Source of the DNA: an uncultured Poribacteria bacterium
Lineage (GTDB): Bacteria > Poribacteria > WGA-4E > WGA-3G
Direction: 5' to 3'
Assembly (NCBI GenBank): GCA_958296135.2
Contig: CATQHZ020000001.1
Span: forward strand, 192,001 to 256,000
DNA length: 64,000 bases
Every line of letters begins with the position of its first letter. Position 1 is the first letter of the stretch. Positions 58,691 through 64,000 of the stretch are shown one piece after another. The notes under the pieces were generated by a model. The model was given only the letters and a program-made list of their open reading frames with translations. It had not been told where the DNA came from and did not search any database. The translations under genes and the position numbers were made by a program.

Positions 58691-58769
58691 TTGACATAAC
58701 GCGCGTAAATGTGGTATAATTTTGTTTAGTAATGATAATTTGACATAACGCGCGTAAATGTGGTATACT
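58691..58769 (+). promoter_or_regulatory. Tandemly duplicated sigma70 promoter
   Basis: TTGACATAACGCGCGTAAATGTGGTATA(A/C)T occurs twice, 49 bp apart. Confidence 0.75.
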
Positions 58770-58924
58770 GTTTAGTAATGATTAGTGATCCCATTACGGG
58801 CACTGTCAAACTGTTTTTAGTCTCGGCGTATGGCTACACTACCGCCATCGTCCCCAAAAATGATGATTGGTTCGCGGAGGACGCGCGATGCGTCCCCCGC
58901 ATCTTAACATAGGAGGTTTTTGAA

Positions 58925-59290
58925 ATGAACGAAACGCAAACTGGTGACGTTTTAGCCGGCGGCGACATGAGCGATTTGTATAAAGCTGAGCTGTTGGGCA
59001 AGACAGAAGCATCGCGATATAATCGGTTCTGGTGGTTTTTCTGGGGGGTGTTCACCGGGTTTTTCGCTATCCCGTTCGTCTACTGGGTGCGAGTCAAACC
59101 CAAGGGCCGCCATTCCAGCTATCAGGAGCTTGACAACGAGATGACGAAGCACGCCTATCTCAATGGTTACCAAGCCGAGGTGAAAAGACGCCGGCTATGG
59201 GCGAGTCTCTTGGGGAGCGTGTGTGCACTCGTTGTGATACCCGGGATGGTTCTTCTCGTGTTGCTCATTGCCGGCATGGTAGCTGGATAA
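58925..59290 (+). CDS. Hypothetical two-TM membrane protein
   Basis: SD AGGAGG and two hydrophobic segments. Confidence 0.7.
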   Translation: MNETQTGDVLAGGDMSDLYKAELLGKTEASRYNRFWWFFWGVFTGFFAIPFVYWVRVKPKGRHSSYQELDNEMTKHAYLNGYQAEVKRRRLWASLLGSVCALVVIPGMVLLVLLIAGMVAG

Positions 59291-59548
59291 GCGGCGCAAC
59301 TGGCTGAGAACCACTGGAGGGGGATGCGCGGATGCATCCCCCAAACTCAGCGGCATTCCGTTTTCTATGGGGTGCTTGCTGGGCAGTGACGAACGCTTCT
59401 GATTCATTTCGTATCACGCAATTTTTAAAATTGTGTGAGAATAGGCGCGGTTTCAAACCGCGCCTACCGTCACGTCTCTTGCCAACTGCCTGCGTTGCAT
59501 CGCAAAAACAGCATACCTATGAAAGTGTTTCTGTGTCAGGCATGCTGC

Positions 59549-61906
59549 CTAAAAATTAACTTTATACAGCAACTTAACATTCCGACCCGGGGCCGGCATC
59601 ACCGATTTAATGCGCGAGAGATGCTCGTGATAGGCGCTATCCAAGAGGTTCTCAATCTCAAAGACTACCAAATGTTGCAGTTCCCACCACGGTAGACTGA
59701 GATACCCCCCTGCATCATAGATGAGATACCCGTCTGTCGGTTCTTCAAATTCACCGAGCCGCGTTTGGCCCGCGGAAAAGCGGGTTGTGAAGTGGATATC
59801 AACATCAAGCGTTTCGCGCGCGAATAACTCGCCGCGCACGCGGCATTTGCCATTGAGCGGCGGCATCCGCTCCAACGGCTGTCCACTCGCAACAATTGTG
59901 CCGTTGACATAACTTATATCTAGCTGCGCATGAAGGCGAGGTAGCACTTCGGCCTCAAGGCGCATTTCCACGCCATCCATGATAACATCGTGTCCCATGT
60001 ATTGATAAATCCACAGCCATCCTGCTGCGCCGCTGCCCCATTCTTTCTCGCCGGTGTTCATCGGGATGAGATACCCTTGAATCTGGTTTCGGAAAAGCGC
60101 GAGGTTCAGTTTCAGTCTGTCGGCGGCATACCGCGCGAACACTTCGCTGCCGTAACCGTGCTCCGCTTCAAGCACCGCATTGCCGATTTCATAAGAATAG
60201 ACTGCGAGATGTGGGCCATCGGAGAAGAGCTCCTCTATGCCGGGCGCGCGAAACGTCTTCATTAACGTCACGCCGGTGCTGAACCTGTCATGCCAATGGT
60301 AAATCCCGGAAGCCGCGCCGGATCCCCCGTGAAAATCGCGCCGTTTCACAAGTCCCGCACGGATGACTGTGCCGGGCCGGAACGGCTCCGCGCGCCTGAT
60401 GTCGTAACGGATAGCACCTTGCAAGGTAAACCGGGCGAAGTTTCGTTGGTTCAGATAGAAGCCGGCGAGCGCGAATTCGCGGGTGTGCGGTGTCCAATAA
60501 AACCCGCCGGTAGCGTGGTCCCGATATTCTCCCCACACGCCCGCGATAGCACTGTCTAGCATGTAAGCCATCACCGAAACGTTATAGGTAAGCACGCCGA
60601 ATTCCACGCCGAGGTTGCCATTGGATTCCAACTCTTGATGCTGATAACGGGTGTAGGCAGTCTGGAGTTTTATCTTCTTAATCCACGCAGGCGAAGAGAG
60701 ACGTTTCACAGCCTCGGCACCCTCACCCGCTGAAGGGGCAGTGCCAAAATTGTATGCTAATTGCCCTTCATACCGCTGCCGGTTCAACGCGATGTTCACA
60801 CCGCTGAGATGCCCTTCAGGCGAACCGGGGATGCCGTAAGCTGAACGGTAACTGCCGCCCGAGATGCCAGCATATCCCCACGGCTTAACGAACGATGCCC
60901 CTGTCGAGAAATTGAGATTGGAGAGGGACGTGTTCTCCAACGTGCCGAGGGGGGTTTGTGTATCCGCCGCAATCCGTCGGTTCCACGCTAATGCCCCGAC
61001 AAAATCGCCGAGCGGCACAACGAAACCGGTGTTGGCAGTTTTCCCAGAATTGACAGATTCTCCTTGGAAGGTGAGGCGGATATCGGCGCGTTTCGGCACA
61101 ACATCAGGAATGCTGTTGTGTTTGACATTGACAACGCCGCCGAGGGTGCTAGAGCCGTAGATGAGAGAGGCAGGACCGCGCGTAATCTCAACGCGCGCGG
61201 CAGAAACCGGGTCAAATGCGACGGCGTGGTCTGCGCTAGAAGCCGATTTGTCGCCGGTGCGTGCACCGTTTTCAAGGATGAGCAGCCTATCGCCGCCCAA
61301 TCCGCGGATGACCGGGCGCGCGACGGCACGTCCCATCGTCCGTTGCGCGATGCCGACTTCGTCTGCCAGCGTATCCGCCAAGGTCATCCCTAGTTGTCTC
61401 TGGAGAGATACCTCACTCAACTCCAGATCAGTTGTCTTCTCAAACTGCGAAGTATCACCGCGTGAACCGGAAACCTGCACCCTCTCCAACTGAAAAGGGG
61501 CTCGCTTTAACGCAATCTGGATTTCAGGCGTAGCCTCACCGACATCAACTCCCTGCTCAAACTCCTGATAGTCATGCAGTGCGAACTGGAGCGTCTGTTG
61601 TCCTTCTGGAACGTCGCCAAGTTGGAATCTGCCACCCGCGTTGGTGTGTGTCGTCATTGGCGGGCTGCGCCTGCCGTTCCTGACGCTAACGGTAACCCCG
61701 GCGAGAGGTTCGCGGCTCCGTTCGTCAAGCACCTGCCCGTGAAGCGTCCACGTTTTCACCTCACTGCCTTGGGCGTTCCTGAGGTAGCAGAGCAGACACA
61801 CTATCCCCAAGCCGAGCAAAAATCGCCGCCAATGGGACCAAGCGCAAGTGCAGAAGGAGGCGCGCCGGCAAGGCACGCCTCCCGAAAACGGAAAATGATT
61901 TCGCAT
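59549..61906 (-). CDS. TonB-dependent receptor (ZnuD-like metal uptake)
   Basis: N-terminal carboxypeptidase-regulatory-like domain, plug RPVIRGL..DHA..GPASLIYG, EELFSDGPH, C-terminal PGRN...F. Confidence 0.88.
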   Translation of the reverse strand: MRNHFPFSGGVPCRRASFCTCAWSHWRRFLLGLGIVCLLCYLRNAQGSEVKTWTLHGQVLDERSREPLAGVTVSVRNGRRSPPMTTHTNAGGRFQLGDVPEGQQTLQFALHDYQEFEQGVDVGEATPEIQIALKRAPFQLERVQVSGSRGDTSQFEKTTDLELSEVSLQRQLGMTLADTLADEVGIAQRTMGRAVARPVIRGLGGDRLLILENGARTGDKSASSADHAVAFDPVSAARVEITRGPASLIYGSSTLGGVVNVKHNSIPDVVPKRADIRLTFQGESVNSGKTANTGFVVPLGDFVGALAWNRRIAADTQTPLGTLENTSLSNLNFSTGASFVKPWGYAGISGGSYRSAYGIPGSPEGHLSGVNIALNRQRYEGQLAYNFGTAPSAGEGAEAVKRLSSPAWIKKIKLQTAYTRYQHQELESNGNLGVEFGVLTYNVSVMAYMLDSAIAGVWGEYRDHATGGFYWTPHTREFALAGFYLNQRNFARFTLQGAIRYDIRRAEPFRPGTVIRAGLVKRRDFHGGSGAASGIYHWHDRFSTGVTLMKTFRAPGIEELFSDGPHLAVYSYEIGNAVLEAEHGYGSEVFARYAADRLKLNLALFRNQIQGYLIPMNTGEKEWGSGAAGWLWIYQYMGHDVIMDGVEMRLEAEVLPRLHAQLDISYVNGTIVASGQPLERMPPLNGKCRVRGELFARETLDVDIHFTTRFSAGQTRLGEFEEPTDGYLIYDAGGYLSLPWWELQHLVVFEIENLLDSAYHEHLSRIKSVMPAPGRNVKLLYKVNF

Positions 61907-61918
61907 GCGGAGTTCTCC

Positions 61919-62515
61919 CTATTCCACCGTTATCGGAATCGGGAGTGCGGCGGTGAAATCGGCGTGAGCACCATGAAAAAGTTGAAGTGTGATGTGCGTC
62001 GTGCCGGCTTTCACCCCAACGACTTCAAAAGTCCACCCTTCACCTTCCTCATGCGCGTCCGCCTCGGGCTCACCGTGCGCGTCCTCTTCATGTGCTACCT
62101 CATGAAGATGGACCTCGGCGATGGCGGTATCGTAGCCGGTTAAACCCAAGACGAACATCTCTTCCTCGGCGTGTTCATGGCTGTCGGCTTCCTCTTCCTC
62201 AGCCGGTGCCGGTGTGAATACCGCGCCATCGGGATTGAGAAATTCGACATGCACCTCAATCTCCTCGCCAACTCCGACGGTGATGCCGCCGGTATGAGCA
62301 CCTTGGAACTGCCGGTAGACTGCCACGCCATCCACCTCTAGGACAAAACCGTCGGCATCGGCGTGATAAGGTGCCTGTTCTTCGTCTTCAGATGTGTCAA
62401 TAATAGGGTTATCCTCTTCGCCGCAACCGCCGAAAAACAGTGCAGCGGCAAAAGCGACGAGTGTCAGTGCAACAAATGCGACAGAAGTGTCGCGGCTCAA
62501 AAATTTCGTAAACAT
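61919..62515 (-). CDS. His/Glu-rich lipoprotein (putative metal binding)
   Basis: Lipobox FGGC, H/E-rich loops, C-terminal H..HADF. Confidence 0.75.
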   Translation of the reverse strand: MFTKFLSRDTSVAFVALTLVAFAAALFFGGCGEEDNPIIDTSEDEEQAPYHADADGFVLEVDGVAVYRQFQGAHTGGITVGVGEEIEVHVEFLNPDGAVFTPAPAEEEEADSHEHAEEEMFVLGLTGYDTAIAEVHLHEVAHEEDAHGEPEADAHEEGEGWTFEVVGVKAGTTHITLQLFHGAHADFTAALPIPITVE

Positions 62516-62732
62516 CGTATCCTCCAAAATGACGTTGATGCGTTTCTCCGGTAGGCGCGGTTGCAAACCACACCTACGGAAGTGCTAAAGGCGCGCAAAG
62601 ACAAGCGGCAACGTTACGTCTATCGCCGTTCCGGTGTTTTAGGCCCATTCAGGGCGGCATGTTAAAGGCGCGCCGAAAAGCCGGACATGCGCAAAAAAAG
62701 GATTTTCCGCGCAAAACAGAAATGAATATGCG

Positions 62733-63029
62733 TTAGGAGGAGACGGGGGGCGCGCGAATGAGCGTGTTCTGCGGAAGTCTCAAAGGAAGGATGACTACCT
62801 CATAACGCCGCGGGGGAGCGAAGGAAATGGCAGGAGAAACGAGCGCGAAGGTTTGGATTTCAACGCCGACGGCATGCGCGTTGTAAAAGCAAGCCGAGCA
62901 CCTACTTTCCGAATGGAATGGCGCGTCAACGCTATAGATATGCGCTAGCGCGGTAAGACTGAGCACCACGACATACCCACAGATGCCTAATAAGATGAGC
63001 AGGCGAGTCAAAATTTTATCGTTTTTCAC
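62733..63029 (-). CDS. DUF2946-like leader protein (CxxC...RAPP)
   Basis: N-terminal TM segment, CSAC, C-terminal IRAPP. Confidence 0.7.
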   Translation of the reverse strand: MKNDKILTRLLILLGICGYVVVLSLTALAHIYSVDAPFHSESRCSACFYNAHAVGVEIQTFALVSPAISFAPPRRYEVVILPLRLPQNTLIRAPPVSS

Positions 63030-63189
63030 AATTCCAAGAATCCTCTTCGCGCAACCCGAGATGATTGGTAGTCAACTTGCAAAATATTATACCACACTTT
63101 TGCGTTAATGTCAAGAAAATTTTTGCGGTTGACATTCGTTTGCGTTTTCGTTTATACTTAAACTTAAATAACATAGATGGAGAACCTGA

Positions 63190-63624
63190 ATGACATTCAC
63201 CTATCGATTCTATCTGCGCGGTGGCGTGACGTTCGCCAGCCTGCTTATCATCGCAGCGTTACTCATCGGGTGCAGCACGAAAACTGGGACGCAGGAAAGT
63301 GCCGCTATGCAGCAGCTTTCTGCCACCCTCACTGAAATCGATGACCACGGTAACGCTGTCACCGGTCTGCTCAGTGAGGCGTTCACCGCGCGCGGGTGGC
63401 AACTCGGCGACACGCTGGAGGCAACATTTGCAACCGGACAGACAATCCAGCTCAAGTTCGTTGAGAACTACGGCGACGTCCCAGTCGGCAACTACTTGGG
63501 CCGATTTTCTACCTCCACGGGCCGGTTTAAGATTGCGATTAACCGTGGTGACATCGCTGAAACGTTGCAGCTAAAAAGCGCGAGCAAAGTGACGCTCCGA
63601 AAAGTAGCGCAACCGGCGCAGTAA
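63190..63624 (+). CDS. Lipoprotein with SAM hydroxide adenosyltransferase C-terminal-like domain
   Basis: Lipobox LIGC and ID.HGN...YGDVP.G...IAINRG...L.L motif. Confidence 0.65.
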   Translation: MTFTYRFYLRGGVTFASLLIIAALLIGCSTKTGTQESAAMQQLSATLTEIDDHGNAVTGLLSEAFTARGWQLGDTLEATFATGQTIQLKFVENYGDVPVGNYLGRFSTSTGRFKIAINRGDIAETLQLKSASKVTLRKVAQPAQ

Positions 63625-63663
63625 GCAGAACTTCCATCTCATTTGGAGGCGAAAGGACCGGAA

Positions 63664-64000
63664 ATGCTTCTCACACTGAAACAGGCAAGCGAATGGGCAT
63701 CGCAACACCTACGGAAAAACGTCACACCCGCAAACATCACCTATCTTATCCAATACGGACGGATTGAATCTGTTGTTGAAAACGGCGTAACGTTGATTCC
63801 CAAGGAAAGCCTCGTCGGTTACTACAACGCTTCCCTCAAACAGCGAAAGGCACGCTGGAAAACCGAACTCGGCGATGACTTGAACTGGGCGTTGTCCTTT
63901 GAACAGGTAAAGGAAGCGGAAACCACGAAGCATGTCCATCGACTGCACCCCTACAAAGGAAAATTCATCCCGCAACTGGTAGCGTATTTTTTGGACACGC
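63664..64000 (+). CDS. DNA methyltransferase (3'-partial)
   Basis: Open frame MLLTLKQASEWA...LNWALSF...TKHVHRLHPYKGKFIPQLV runs off the window. The HRLHPYKGKFIPQLV motif is typical of N4/N6 MTases. Confidence 0.7.
   Translation, partial: MLLTLKQASEWASQHLRKNVTPANITYLIQYGRIESVVENGVTLIPKESLVGYYNASLKQRKARWKTELGDDLNWALSFEQVKEAETTKHVHRLHPYKGKFIPQLVAYFLDT

Overview
Bacterial genomic DNA with no rRNA, tRNA or CRISPR array. By inference it resembles Candidatus Poribacteria: it has LamG proteins with a shared C-terminal AVxPxGKxTTTW motif, WD40-dockerin-FlgD-like secreted proteins and dense GTAG-type REP arrays. Housekeeping and metabolic genes include ftsY, an EF-G paralog, transketolase, argE-like, ABC-F, an ECF sigma factor, alpha-2-macroglobulin plus pbpC, and a TonB metal-uptake locus. 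Main signals: (1) two transposase-less IS607-like TnpB elements share a ~95-nt 5' leader RNA with clear compensatory base changes, a kissing/pseudoknot helix and an alternative pairing that can hide the TnpB ribosome-binding site, and one also carries a three-way-junction kissing-loop insert; (2) two DNA methyltransferases are each frameshifted at a G9 tract (phase variation or homopolymer error); (3) tandem secreted WD40 paralogs have near-identical repeats that vary at a few positions and share repeat units; (4) REP elements are translated in-frame inside proteins; (5) a Cyc2-like diheme cytochrome-porin sits next to a P460-like cytochrome; (6) a CxxC/RAPP leader ORF precedes a TonB receptor. 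All calls come from reading the sequence by eye; no searches were run.
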